NCBI RefSeq assembly: GCF_009914755.1
Contig: NC_060929.1
Length of the DNA: 64,000 nt
Source: the human T2T-CHM13v2.0 reference genome, Homo sapiens
Reading direction: 5' to 3' (one strand)
Every line of letters begins with the position of its first letter. Positions within the stretch are counted from its first letter, which is position 1. Under the pieces are notes generated by a model, which searched no databases, was not told the origin of the DNA, and saw only the letters and a program-made list of their open reading frames with translations. Below, piece by piece: positions 12,938-24,971 of the stretch. The position numbers and the translations under genes are program-made.

Positions 12938-13452
12938 CTGAAACTTTATTTCTTTAAAAAATATTCTGTAGCTCACTTTTCAGTAATTCAAATTTACCTT
13001 CTCCTTTGAGTTTTCCTAATTAGAGATATTTTACTATGCTCTGCATCTGTCTGGCTTCACAGTTCCATGAGATAATACCAAAATCTATATTTTTCTTGGA
13101 TTTGCTCCTTGTTTACCAGATTTCTTTCACTAGCTTAACCATGCCTAAGGCACATTTAATAGCTATTTGTACATAATTTAAGAGAATTTGATTAGAAACC
13201 AAAATTTGTTTATTTCATTCATGTCCATTTTTCATTCATTCACGTATTGATCAATCTAAAGTTTCATTATGCATCTACTAAATGTCATAAAGTCAGTAAA
13301 AAAATCTTAGGGGACCAAACACTAATAAAGGCGACGACTGATGCCAGAGACTGCTGGGCTATGAGAAAGACCTAAGCTGCTTCAGTTCCATGAGGCTACT
13401 GACACATATTTTAAAATGAAGACATGACACACTTTTTTTTTTTTTTACACAC

Positions 13453-13814
13453 TGTCTTGGTTTGGATTGCTATTACAAAATACCACAGACTGGGTTGTTT
13501 AAACAGCAAATGTTTATTTCTGACAGTTCTAGAGACTGGAAGTACAAGATCAAGCTGCCGAACGGTTGGGTTCTATGTGAGGGTCCTCTTCCTGTTATAT
13601 CCTTTCATGGCCTTTCCTTAGTGCATGCACAGAGAGAAAGATCTTGAGTCTCTTTTTCTTTTTGTAGGGGAATAAATCCTACTATGTGGGCTGTAACCCT
13701 CACGGCCCAATCTAACCCTAATTAGTTCCCCAAGGTCTCATTTCCAAATACCATCACATTAGGGGTTAGTGTTTCAACATATGAATTTTGGGAAGACATA
13801 AACAGTCCATAGCA
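13453..13814 (-). mobile_element. MLT1A/A0 MaLR solo LTR
   Basis: TGTCTTGG...CAAAATACCACAGACTGGG...TTCAACATATGAATTTTGGG...AGTCCATAGCA. Confidence 0.85.
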
Positions 13815-15379
13815 CATATTACATTTAACAAACTAATGTGATATAAGTATTATCTCCATGCAATCATAGTGGGATTTATAAACTATACTAACTCATAGTG
13901 TCCTGCAAAGCAGTATGGTCCAATAATAGACCCAAGTTTAAAGTTATCTGTTAAATGCCATCTGGTCAGCCTGTGTCTATCTGTATATCTGTGTTTGGAG
14001 ACAAGGTCAAATTTCTAAATTTGATGGCTTCTCTGAATGTGAGACCTGGGCCAAATGGCTCCAGCTGTTTACTAGCAAATTACAATAAATTATATATACA
14101 GATACAAGACACACAGTTAACTATATACAAATATAATTCAAAGTTTTTATTCATATCCATAAGCTAGCCAAAACCACTGGTTGTATCAAGTCTGAAGGGA
14201 AATGGTACATGTCTTCTTTCTAGTTCTTCTGTTCCAAAATATTCCTGGAGGATCTTTGGTGTAGTTATTTCAACATTGCCAAAGATTCAAGACCACGCAG
14301 GACCTAGGAAAGGCTCTTGCCTCAGGTATGCATGACCCTGAGCTTCAGTAAAACTCAACTGGTGGGTCCTGAAGGTTTGGTCCTATCCAAATATCTCCAT
14401 TGAAGAGAACAGTACAAATACTCTAAGCTAATACATGTCTGATTTATGGTCTTGGGTATCAATTTGGTATTGTGTCCAAATACTGGTGACAAGAAGAATA
14501 TAATCAAACATTCTTGATTCTTAGTTTGATATAAATTTAAAAGTTAGTAAGTTCTTTCTTTCACATCAACTATTTTTAGACACAGTTGGCAGGCCATATG
14601 GATATATTTCTAGTTCTTTATTTCTAGTAAGGTTTTATTTAAAAAGAAAAACACAGACTAATGCTAAAGCTTTCAAATTAGTGCAGATTTCAATGCTAGC
14701 CATTTAGATGCTCACAGGATGCTTTTGACACTTTCATTTGCCTACATGGAGAGTTTTTTTCTCTCCCAGTAGCACCTTGGATACACACCTGCCTGTTTAA
14801 AATCAGGCATACAAAAGAGAAAGTGCTGATGAATTTGGTGCTGTCTAGACAAGTATACTACAGTGCAGTGTTGGGCCAGTGGTTGCCATGGTAATGCACA
14901 AATAAGCTTTTACAGCTCTGCTAAATAGTGAGTTGTGGATGCTTCCTTTACGATAGACAATTCCCCCCAACCCCCCCATCCCCTGCCACCTTGAAATGTG
15001 AATTGCCAAAGACAATCTGACTAACTGTAAGACATGGAACCATGGCATCCAACGATATTTCAGTGCGTAAGATGAATGCCATGCTTTAATGTTCCTTGTC
15101 AAAGTAATTCATTTTCTTTGCCATTTGTCAGCAGAGTTACAAGTTCCTCATTATGTAGCAGAGGAGCCTGAGCCTAAGAAACAGCAGTGAATGGGCAGGA
15201 AATTTAGTGTTTTCACTTGCTTCAATAAATGATAGCTTTGGGGTCTTTTTCTCATTAGAGTTATGCCTTTCTTCCTTTGAACTAATAGTTTTGGATCTCA
15301 TACTCTTCACTGGCCCTGGGTTAACCTCTGGTGTACAAATTTGGGTTTGAGATTACCTCTTTGCTCAATGAGCTGATAG

Positions 15380-17090
15380 TTTTGTGGGTAACACAGAGAA
15401 ACTGAGCACTGCAAAGCAGATTTGGATAAGTGGTACATGTGACAAGCAGGGAGCTTCTGGAACACACAGATATGAACAAAACTCAGTCCTAGAAGGACAG
15501 TGAAAGCACCCTGGTAGACATGGTATCTAGCCTGTAGGACGATAGGAGGAATCCAAGCAAAGTGGTGAAAAGCATACCAAGAAGAGGGAACAGGGGATGC
15601 AAATTTTCAGAGGCACTAGGGAAAAAACACGGTGTTCCAGTCAGCTGAAGAAATTGAGGGAGGAATGTAGAGTGTAATAGGCTGTGTGAGGGAGGAGAGT
15701 AAAGAGAGGTGAGTCTTCAAAGGTAAGCAGGGTTATACTTATGAGATCTTAGCTATGTTTAAAGTTTGGAACTTTATCTTAAAAGCACTGAGGAGCCAAT
15801 GAAAGCTTTAAGCAGAGGAGTAACACTTTTTAGAAACTTACTTCTAATTGCAGTATGGACAATGAATTGGAAGACAGCAAGATTGGAGGCAGGAAGAAGA
15901 GTTACATAGGCTTTTTTAGTAGCCAACAGCTTGTCAAATTCAGGGATATTTTTTGAATTATTATCTTATCCATCTGTAGTGAAGACTGTTAGTGGTCCTT
16001 CCATATCATGCTTTATTATATATAGTAAGAAGTTGAAATTCATCTGGGCACATAGCTGCCCAGCTGAAATATACATTTTCTAGACTCCCTTGTAGCTAGG
16101 TGTGGCCATGGGATCTAAACTGATATGATACATACAACTCTTAAGGCAAGCCCTGCCCATTTTCCTTTTCTTCCTTCCCGCAGTCTTGAATAAAAATGTA
16201 TGCAAGAAGTGAAGGAATTACCTTAGACTATGAGATGGAAGCCCAGTGCCAAGGAAGCAGAGCAATAAGGCTGAAGGGGCCTGGGACACTGATGATTGTG
16301 GACTCACCATATTAGCCCTGAACCATCTAACACTGTCATTTTGATTTCTCAGTTACAGAAGCTAAACTAGTATCCTAATACACTGTCTTTATGTCATTTG
16401 ACAGTTAATCACTTTCTCCATAAACTATACTACCTCTTCTTCATGACAAGTTCCGTGTCTACCTCTCTACAGCTTATAATCTATCTACCCATCCATGTCT
16501 TTGTCCTTTAGCCACTATTTAGTAGCTATAACTTCATCCTTTAGCTACTCTCTATTTAGTAGTTTTCTTGAATTCTCTTTGTCTTTTTCCCGTTGTGGGT
16601 GTGATTCAAGGCTCTGTTCTACACTTCCTGCTTTGGACTCATGACTTTATTCAATACAGCCAGCTTCCAATTTTATATTTTAGCCTGATCTTTATCTAGA
16701 CTCATTTTCAAATGTCTGCAGCATATTTCCATTTATGTCTCTAACTATCATTTCCAAACCATCATATCCCAAACAAAGCTTGTCATTTTCTTCTCCTCAC
16801 CCACATGATTCCACTTCTTGGGCCTGTCTTTTCTTTCCAAGGCAATATTATTTTTTTTTCTACCTTGTCAGCCCCAAAATCTTATGGTTAACCTTTACTG
16901 CCTCCCTTCCCTTCATCTCTTGTGTCTTGTTGCTTTGATTTGTTTCAAATGACAGTTATATTCGGTTCTTCCTATTATTGTTGCCAGTTTTCAATTGAGC
17001 CTGCTAGCTGAGTCTCCTTCTTCCATTCTCTTCCTTTACTACCCTTTTTGAAATATGTAAAGCTGTGACCAATTTCGTAAAACACCACTT
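15380..17090. mobile_element. L2 fragments in both orientations with an old MLT1 LTR at about 15980-16380
   Basis: L2-like GGAACTTTATCTTAAAAGCACTGAGGAGCCAATGAAAGCTTTAAGCAG and MLT1-like TACATTTTCTAGACTCCCTTGTAGCTAGGTGTGGCCATG. Confidence 0.55.
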
Positions 17091-17154
17091 TTCTTTTTCC
17101 CTTCAAGAACTGATGGAGGGTGTCTAGGTTTGATCACACCAGTTCCCTAAGAAA

Positions 17155-17370
17155 GACTGTAATGCAGTAGAAAGAATGAAGGTTTTAAAGTTTGACAAAA
17201 CAGGGTTTGAATTACTAATTCATTAATCACTAGGTGTGTGATCTGTAGCAAATTTTTTACCACTTGAAGCTTAAATAGTGGCATGTAAGAAATAGAGATA
17301 GTAAGAATTCACATCTGGAGGTTATTGTTAGGCTCAAATAAGATACCTTGTGGGGTCTGGCACAGTCAGT
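17155..17370 (+). mobile_element. MIR
   Basis: TGTAATGCAGTAGAAAGA...GGGTTTGAATT...CACTAGGTGTGTGATCT...TCTGGCACAGT. Confidence 0.55.
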
Positions 17371-17828
17371 GTCATTTTCCTACTGGGTCATGACAATCTA
17401 GTACTCCTATAGTCACAATGTCTAAGATATAGTTTCTTCTGCCTCAGGGTGACTATGCTCAGTTCCACCTCTGTACCTCTGCCTACATTGAGGCATAGAT
17501 ATGTATATGACATATGTATATCCCATAAGATATGTCTTTCCTTTTTTATTCAACAAATATTTATTAAGAGCCTTCAATGTGCCAGGCACTGTTCCAGCCA
17601 CTTACTTAAATCCTGCTCATTTTTATGACGTAGTCAAGCTCCATGAAGCCTCCTGCAGATACTCTGGTGTTCTACAACAGTAAAATACATATGCCCCCAC
17701 AAAAGGGAAGTGGCTTTCCTAAGGTTACCAAAGTCATTAATAGAATGGAATTTTATATATACGTATGTGTGTGTACATATATAGAGAGTTCCAATATAAA
17801 GAGAGAAAGAGAGAGAGAGACAGACTGA

Positions 17829-18241
17829 CCACCTTTTCTTTATCCGTTGATCTGTTGATGGACACTTAGGTTGATTCCATATCTTGGCTTTTGTGACTAT
17901 TACTGCAATTAACGTGAAAGTGCAGAGAGTAGAAGGGTGGTTATCAGAGGCTGGGGTGGTAGGGAAGTTGGAGATGTTGATCAAAGGATACAAAATTTCC
18001 CTTAGAAAGAATAAGCTAAAGAGACCTATTGTGCAACATGGTGACTATAGTTAATATATTGTATTCTTGAAAAATGCTAAGAGTAAATTTTAAGTGTTCT
18101 AATGACACAAAATAACTGTGTGAGGTAATGTATACATTAGCTCATGTTTTCCATTCCATAATGAGCATGTATTTCAAAACACCATGTTGTACATGATAAG
18201 TATAAACACTTTTGTCAACTTAAAATAAAATGTTTTAAAAA
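17829..18241. mobile_element. L1MA-type 3' fragment with 5' inversion (minus 17829-17926, plus 17922-18241)
   Basis: The antisense L1 ORF2 end (peptide KIWNQPKCPSTDQRIKK) is joined to a sense L1MA 3'UTR (GAGAGTAGAAGGGTGGTTATCAGAGGCTGGG...CATGGTGACTATAGTTAAT...). Confidence 0.75.
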
Positions 18242-18268
18242 GAGACAATGTCCTGTAAGACATGAATA

Positions 18269-18470
18269 CTAGTATGGTTTGAATGTGTGTCCCTTCCAAA
18301 ATTCATGTTGAAACTTACCCCCCATTGTGGTAGTAGTAAGAGGCGGTGCCTTTGGGGAAGTGATTAAGTCATGAAGCTCCACCCTCATGAGTGGAGTAGT
18401 GCCTTATAAAAGAGCTGGAGGGAACTAGCTTAGGTCCTTTTTGCCTTTCTATATTCCACCAGGTGAGGAG
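18269..18470 (+). mobile_element. MSTC/MSTD-like MaLR LTR, 3'-truncated
   Basis: TATGGTTTGAATGTGTGTCCCTTCCAAAATTCATGTTGAAACTTA...GTGCCTTATAAAAG. Confidence 0.7.
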
Positions 18471-19104
18471 TTCTAGAGATCACCTTAGGGGATTCAGCTG
18501 TTAACAATAAGACTTTTTCTCCCAATGGTGGTGGAAGGTAAGGAAGGATGGCAAGTGAGGGAGTGTTATGTGATTTTTCTAGCTTCACATGTATACTCTA
18601 TTTTTTTGTATCTCTTGCTGTTGCATCAGAGCCTCTAAGAGGGCCTCAGAATTTATCAGTATTACGCTGCTGCCTTACATCTTCTAGTGTATGTGAGGCC
18701 CCCTTCACACTCTGACGAGGGGCGCAGTCTCAAATACTGGCACAGCCTCAAAGCTGAACATTTGCAGCATCTTAGAGATTCTCAGGTTTACAATCACCCT
18801 GTTTATGATCATTACTCTTGATAATTTAAATATTCTTCTTGTCAAATGAAGAGACATTTATGAAGTACCTATTATGAGCAAAGCATGCTATTGAGGTTGT
18901 ATTTAAAGCCGGGAGTCCTGGGTTTTAGTTCCATCCCATCAATGACCTTGGGACCTTAGGAAAGCCCTTTCCATTTTTTGTGGGGGAGGGGGTGTGTATG
19001 TATTTTACTAGCAAATTGGGAGGTAAGTCTTCCTTAGGGTAATATGTTCTGTGACTCAATACAGTGTCATTGTTTTTGGAGTGTACAAGCAGGACATTAA
19101 ACCA

Positions 19105-19290
19105 TTACAAGTGGACATTGGAACATGGACTCTGGAGCCAGATCACTAAGGTTCAAATCTTGGCTCTGCCACTTTAGTCCTGTGTGACCTTGAGAAAATC
19201 ACTAAACCTCTCTGTGCCTAGATCCCTTAAAGTAGATAGAGTGAGAGAAGCTTCCTCAAAGGGTTGTTGGGAGGACTGAAAGAGCTTATT
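19105..19290 (+). mobile_element. MIR
   Basis: GGACTCTGGAGCCAGA...GGTTCAAATCTTGGCTCTGCCACTTTAG...TGTGTGACCTTGAG...AACCTCTCTGTGCCT. Confidence 0.8.
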
Positions 19291-19329
19291 GAAGAACTTC
19301 ATACAAAGGGACATGCATGAGAGAACTGC

Positions 19330-19882
19330 TTGGGGTGGTGGAAGCACTCTATATATCCTGGTTGTGGTGATGGTGGTGGTGGTCATACTACTTTATACTC
19401 TTGTTAGAACTCAGAACTGTATACTTAAAAAGAGTTAATTTACCATAAGAAACCTGATTTTAAAAATAAATGTATGATTCCAACTATATAACATTCTAGG
19501 AAAGGCAAAACTATATAGACAGTAGAAAAATCAATGATTTCCAGGGGTTAGGAGGTAGGGAAGCAGGGATGAATAGGTGGAGCACAGGGAAATTTTAGGG
19601 CAGTGAAACTATTCTTTATCGTACTGCAGTGGTGGACACATTGTCATTATACATTTGTCAAAACCCATAGAATGTACAATGTTGAGTGAACCCTAATGTA
19701 AACTATAATCGTTAATAATAATGTATAAATATTGGCTCACCAGTTGTTAACAAATATACCACATCAATGCAAGATGTTAATAATAAGGGGAGCTTTGGGA
19801 GGGGGGAGGGTTGTATATAAGAACCCTCTATGCTTTTCATTTAATTTTTTCATAAATCTAAAACTGTTCTGAAAAGTCAACT
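19330..19882 (+). mobile_element. L1 3' fragments (L1MC1/2-like at 19470-19882)
   Basis: TGTATGATTCCAACTATATAACATTCTAGGAAAGGCAAAACTAT...GGATGAATAGGTGGAGCACAG...TTTGTCAAAACCCATAGAATGTAC. Confidence 0.8.
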
Positions 19883-21069
19883 CAATTACAAAAAATTACA
19901 ACTACCAAAAAAAGTTTTAAATAGAAGCACTCAGTAAGTTTGTTACTATTATTACTATTCCTTCCTATAAAAACAACCAAAGTGTCTCTTTTTCTTTCTT
20001 CTTTTTTTTTTCTTAAAACCATGCTGAGATACCTAGGCTTCGGCTGGATCTCAGGGAGATAAGTGAAAGAAAAGGCAACAGAGGGTGGTTCCTCCCCATA
20101 CAAACTTCTTAAATACTTATTTTTAAGGTTAATATAAGCTTATAAGTGTGTCCCTCTCTGAGCATCTGAGGTCTGAACTGCACATGGAAGCTGCTCTTTT
20201 CTCCTGAGCTGCTCTTGCGCACCATGATTCAGCCACAGATGCTCTTTCTCGTTTCATGATGTGTCTGCCGGAACTGAAGACATGCAACAGCCAATTAAAT
20301 ATCACATTTTCAGTGCCCTTGGGAAAACCATACAGGAAACAGACTGTGTTTATATCTCACACCTCTGGGGAGGCTGCACAAGCTGAAAGCAATGTAGGAT
20401 TTTTCCTTCTCTTTATTCTCAAAGAAGAATTAAAAACAAAAATCCAAGCCACCCAGCCACCCAAAACAAACAAGAAAAATGTAGTTTCAAATATAGAAAC
20501 ACTCTCCTTCATGATGAATTTGCATGTGGGAGAATTGTCATAAAGTCTGTGAAAAATCTGGCCACAAGCTTTTTAATTTGAGGGGCTCAGCAGTTCTTCA
20601 TGCTGAGAGTTATTAGAGCACATATCCCAAGTCCACCCAGCCTGGGGCCAACCTTTCCTTGGCTCTGTCAGGGAGCACTTTGTAGGGTTTCACCTGCTGA
20701 TGGAGCCCTAGTTGACAAGCTCATAGTGAGGGTGTGAGCACTCCCAGGGTGCCAGAAGTCTGGCAGCCCAGGTTCACTGAGATGAGTAGTCTTTGTGAAG
20801 CTGTAGACAGGCTACATAATCTCCCCGAGCTTCACTGTTTACATTGGTGAAACATGTGGGTTAGACTAGAAAATCTCTAGGGTGCCTTCCAGCCCCACCA
20901 TCCTGTGATTCCAAATTCCAATTCAGTGGTTTTCCAGAGCTGAAATCCTTTGTGAAAAATAGTTCTAATCAATTAATTCATGTATATGTCTGTTTCTCAA
21001 TTTCTATTTTTTCATTGCGTAAGTGAAACATGAAAATGAATAATAAAACATGAAAAAAACTTGACAGAT

Positions 21070-21720
21070 AAGGCCAGAGCCCCTCTGATTACCAGCTCTG
21101 TTACCTTCCCTTCTGCCCTTTCCCAGAAATAACCACTGCTATTACTCTGCATGTATTCTTCCAGATCTTTACACACCCATATAGATCCAGAGAAAATAGG
21201 CAATATTGTTTTCAGTTTTTACGTAAATAATATTAGTTGTTTTATTTTTAATAGCTATGTACTATTCCATAGTATGAATAAATTCTTGTTTATTCATCTA
21301 CCTCCCTACCAATGTTTATTCAGGTCACTGATTTTTTTTTATTAATATGATACAATCAATGCCTCATGGTGAATGAGTGGGTACATTTTTCTAAAGTAGA
21401 CACCAGTAAGTGGAACTCCTGAATTAATTACTTCAATTTAATAGGTATTAAATTGTTCCAGAAAGTGTCTATGCCAAATTGTACACCTATAAGGAATACA
21501 TTTTCAAAGGGTCAGGTAGACTAATGGTTAAAAACATAGGATCTGGAAACAGACTGCCTACCAACGCTTATTGGTTTGGGACTTTGATCAAGATATTTTC
21601 CCTGTGCCTGTGTTTCCACATATATAAAATAGAAATAAAATGCTTATACATGATAATTTGTTCTAGGGATTATTAGCACAGTTGTCGGCACAGGTAATTA
21701 ATCAATGTTAGCTCTAATCA
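21070..21720. mobile_element. Old L1ME fragment (minus) followed by a MIR (plus)
   Basis: CCCAGAAATAACCACT...TATTCCATAGTATGAATA (antisense L1ME 3'), then AATGGTTAAAAACATAGGATCTGGAAACAGACTGCC (MIR). Confidence 0.5.
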
Positions 21721-24389
21721 CTATTTTTACTAGCTTTGGTTTGAGGAGCTTCAAGCTTTTTAACCAAATAGGTCTATAATCCCACCTCCCAAATCACTCA
21801 ATGAGTCAACATTTTTCCAGACCCAGAGGTTAAATGCCTGCTGGGCTCATTTAACTCACACTTCTTTATCTTTCTGTGAAGTGAAGCCAGCAGGGCCCTG
21901 ACTGACAGGCCACCAGAGCCTGTTTGTACAACAATCTTTGCTAATGTAAATAGCTAAATGCAAACTGCAACATCTAAGAACCTTCAGGGGATTTGAGGAT
22001 GTTCTTGGAAGGGGCTGATTTCATTAATATTTAAGAAGCAAAAGACCTCCAACACAGACCATCCTGATCCCACATGCAAAGCCACCCCTAGGGGTTGCAG
22101 GACCAGGACAAATCACACAGGGCCAACCTCCCCAATAATACTTTCATGCAGGCGAAATCAGGTGAAAATGCACACCAAAGGTAGCTTGGAGGGGGAAAAA
22201 AAAGATGAAAGAAAACTGTTTGCAGCTGAAAGGAAGTTTGTGAAGAATGAAGGTCCTGTTTTGTCTACTTTTCTTTGATGTTACTAGAGAACACCTGAGC
22301 ATGGACAGACCCTGGGTGGGCCAGCTTTGGTTAACTTGCTGGGCACCAGCTGGAGAGGCCTCTCTCCATTTTGTTCCTCCCTCTTTTGCTAGTTGTATAC
22401 TAGTACACCTGCCACTGAGGCAAGGGGAAGCATGGTGGGGGATCTGGGAGGTTTCCAGCGAGGATGCTGTCTGCTCACAGAGAAGCTCATCCCAAAGGGT
22501 TACCAAATCTAGCTGCTTTCAAAGGGATCGTAAACATATGAACTAGATTTTATTTTAGTAAAACTTTACAGAATAATTACTGATGCCTAGAAAGGTTAAT
22601 GGACTTGCTTAAGGTCATACAGATAGTGTCAGAGCCTCTAAAGGACCCAATGTGTGTTTCACAGCCTAATGCCCTTTCCACACATGACACTCACTTTTTA
22701 ATATACACAATAAGCGACCTAAACAAAAAACTCATATTCTTATATTAAAGCTCCTAAGACATAAATTTATTCTCAGACATATGGCTTGGACTTTGGTGTT
22801 CTGTATAAAGTACTGTGTTCGAAGCAGTATGATGGGAGATTAAGAGGAAAGGTTGAGAGTGTCACCAAATCTCCATCTGAATTCCAGAGCCCATGTTAGT
22901 AACTAATCTGCACACTGCCTTTACTAGAAGGAATGCATTCTATCCTTAGCTCAACTACCTGACCACCTGGGACAGTGCCTACTGGTACCCTAAATAATCA
23001 CCAAGTTGATTGTATTGGGGCATTCAAATTTGCCTATTTTATGATACGAAGATTTTTTTTTTTTAACTTGAAAAAAACCGACTGGTTTGATGACTTGCTT
23101 CAGAGACATTGAAAGAACATTTAAACTTAAATCCTTGCCCTCTTTTCAGCTTCCTTTTGACAAAAAGTAAAGTTGTATTGATTGGTTGGCGGCTGGTTGA
23201 GTAGTCATGCTTTCAACATGCAGTTGTCGTCTACTCTGTGCTAGATTGTTTTTATAAGTTTGATGCCAGCCCCAGTATGTCTTGATTTTAAGTTGCTTTT
23301 GTTTCTGTATGTTTCAGTTTAGCCTTTTTGTAATTTTACCTCAGATTTTTATGTTTATAGAAACATGCTAAATATTGCTGCATAATGACAAAACACAGCT
23401 GTAATAGGAAATTTCCCCAGAATCCAAAGTGCTTGTGCTTGATTTACAAATGGAAGCTAGCCTGCAGGTTTCCCTGGAAAGCAGGGCTGGGAGTGCCGAG
23501 AGGAAGCGTGGGAGTCTTGTCCTAGTGTTTGTCACCCCACAGTGTGGGCCATAGCAGCACTATGTCCAGAAGTTTATCTGAGCAGGAAGTAGGTCAGGCC
23601 TTGGGGCCATGTGGTGCTGTGTAGTACGGGCTTTACTGTGAGCACAAGGTGTGCTTGTTATAGACAGGAGAGCAGAATCCAAAAGCCAATGATAGTTCTT
23701 CAGCCCACATGATGGTTGTCCTACCTCTGAACTACTGGCCTTAAAATAACTTAAGTGTCACATAACTTATCACGTAGTGAAAAAATGAAGCATTTTCCAT
23801 AAATACTCCTGAAATCAAACTCTAGTAGTCTTAAGCTTCCTGAGGGTGTGGATCATATGGTAGTCTCACCCTACTGTCAGCTGTGTATCGGGGTGATGGG
23901 TGTAGAGTAGGTGATCAATAAAATATCCAACTGATCACTAAATTGTCTTCTTTGGGACACAGAAATTCCTTGAATTCTTTTCACCACTCTCTGGAATAGA
24001 AGCTCCACAAGTAGATGGCTTTTTGTTGGTTTTGTTCACTGCTAGATCCCTAGCTTCTAGAAAAGTGATTACAACACAGTAAGAACTTAATAAATATTTG
24101 TTAAATGAGAAAATAAATGGATGCATATGCTGTTTTCTGTTTTCCTCAGGATGGCAGCAGAGAGAAAATGAGTAGCTGTCTACCTTCCTATAGCACATAA
24201 AAGCAATAGGAAGTGACAATAGCCACTGTCCCAAGTGGGAGTCTCTTTCAATACCAAGCCTGGAATCAACTCCAAAGGAGATTAAAAAAAAAAAAAGACC
24301 CATTCAGTCCTCTGCTATTTGAGTCTACTTTATAACTAACATGCTCACTTTCAGACTGCAATACCTAAAAATGAGAAAATGACAGGGAG

Positions 24390-24572
24390 CAATGGTTCTC
24401 TGAGTTTCCTACAACCAGCATCATCAACGTTGCCGGGAACTTGATAGAAATGCTCATTTTTATGTATTACACCAGACCTACTGAGTCTGAAACTCTGGAG
24501 GTAGAGCCAGTAGTTGGTGTTTTAACCAGCCTCCCAGGTGATTCTGATGCACACTCGTTTAAGAAACACTAC
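24390..24572. mobile_element. MER5A (hAT-Charlie MITE)
   Basis: CAATGGTTCTC...CCAGACCTACTGAGTCTGAAACTCTGG...TTTTAACCAGCCTCCCAGGTGATTCTGATGCAC...TTTAAGAAACACT. Confidence 0.8.
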
Positions 24573-24842
24573 TTAGAGGTCTGGGGTGCATGTTTCTACA
24601 CTCCCCTCCCTCCCCTGCAGTAAGGTTTCTTTCTATTTTATTTCCTTTTACTTTTCTCTCCCTACATGATCTGGTTTTTCCACAACCCGGGTCTCTCCCA
24701 CCAAGTCCAGAGCACCCACATTAACTGGTCTAGTCTCATCCTATATGTCTTGGTAGCATCTGTGTTCAGCTTTTGACTGAAAGGAGTAGGGTAGCTCTCA
24801 TGAAGAAATCTAGACAAAAATATTTAGCAAACATAAGAATTT

Positions 24843-24971
24843 AGCCTGTAATCCCAGCACTTGGGGAGTCTGAACAGGAGCATCGCTTCAGCCCAGGAAT
24901 TCAAAGTTGCTGTGAGCCATGAGAACACCACTGCACTCCTGCCTAGGCAAGAGATTGAGACCCTGACTCAA
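24843..24971 (+). mobile_element. Alu monomer (FRAM/FAM-like or truncated AluJ right arm)
   Basis: GCCTGTAATCCCAGCACTT...GCCCAGGAATTC...GTGAGCCATG...CCACTGCACTCC...GAGACCCTGACTCAAAA, flanked by the direct repeat AAGAATTT (24835-24842 and 24972-24979). Confidence 0.8.

Noticed and set aside
22144-22546. Overlapping sense/antisense ORF pair (120 aa and 99 aa)
   Set aside because: No recognisable domain or convincing splice structure; locally higher GC explains the scarcity of stops
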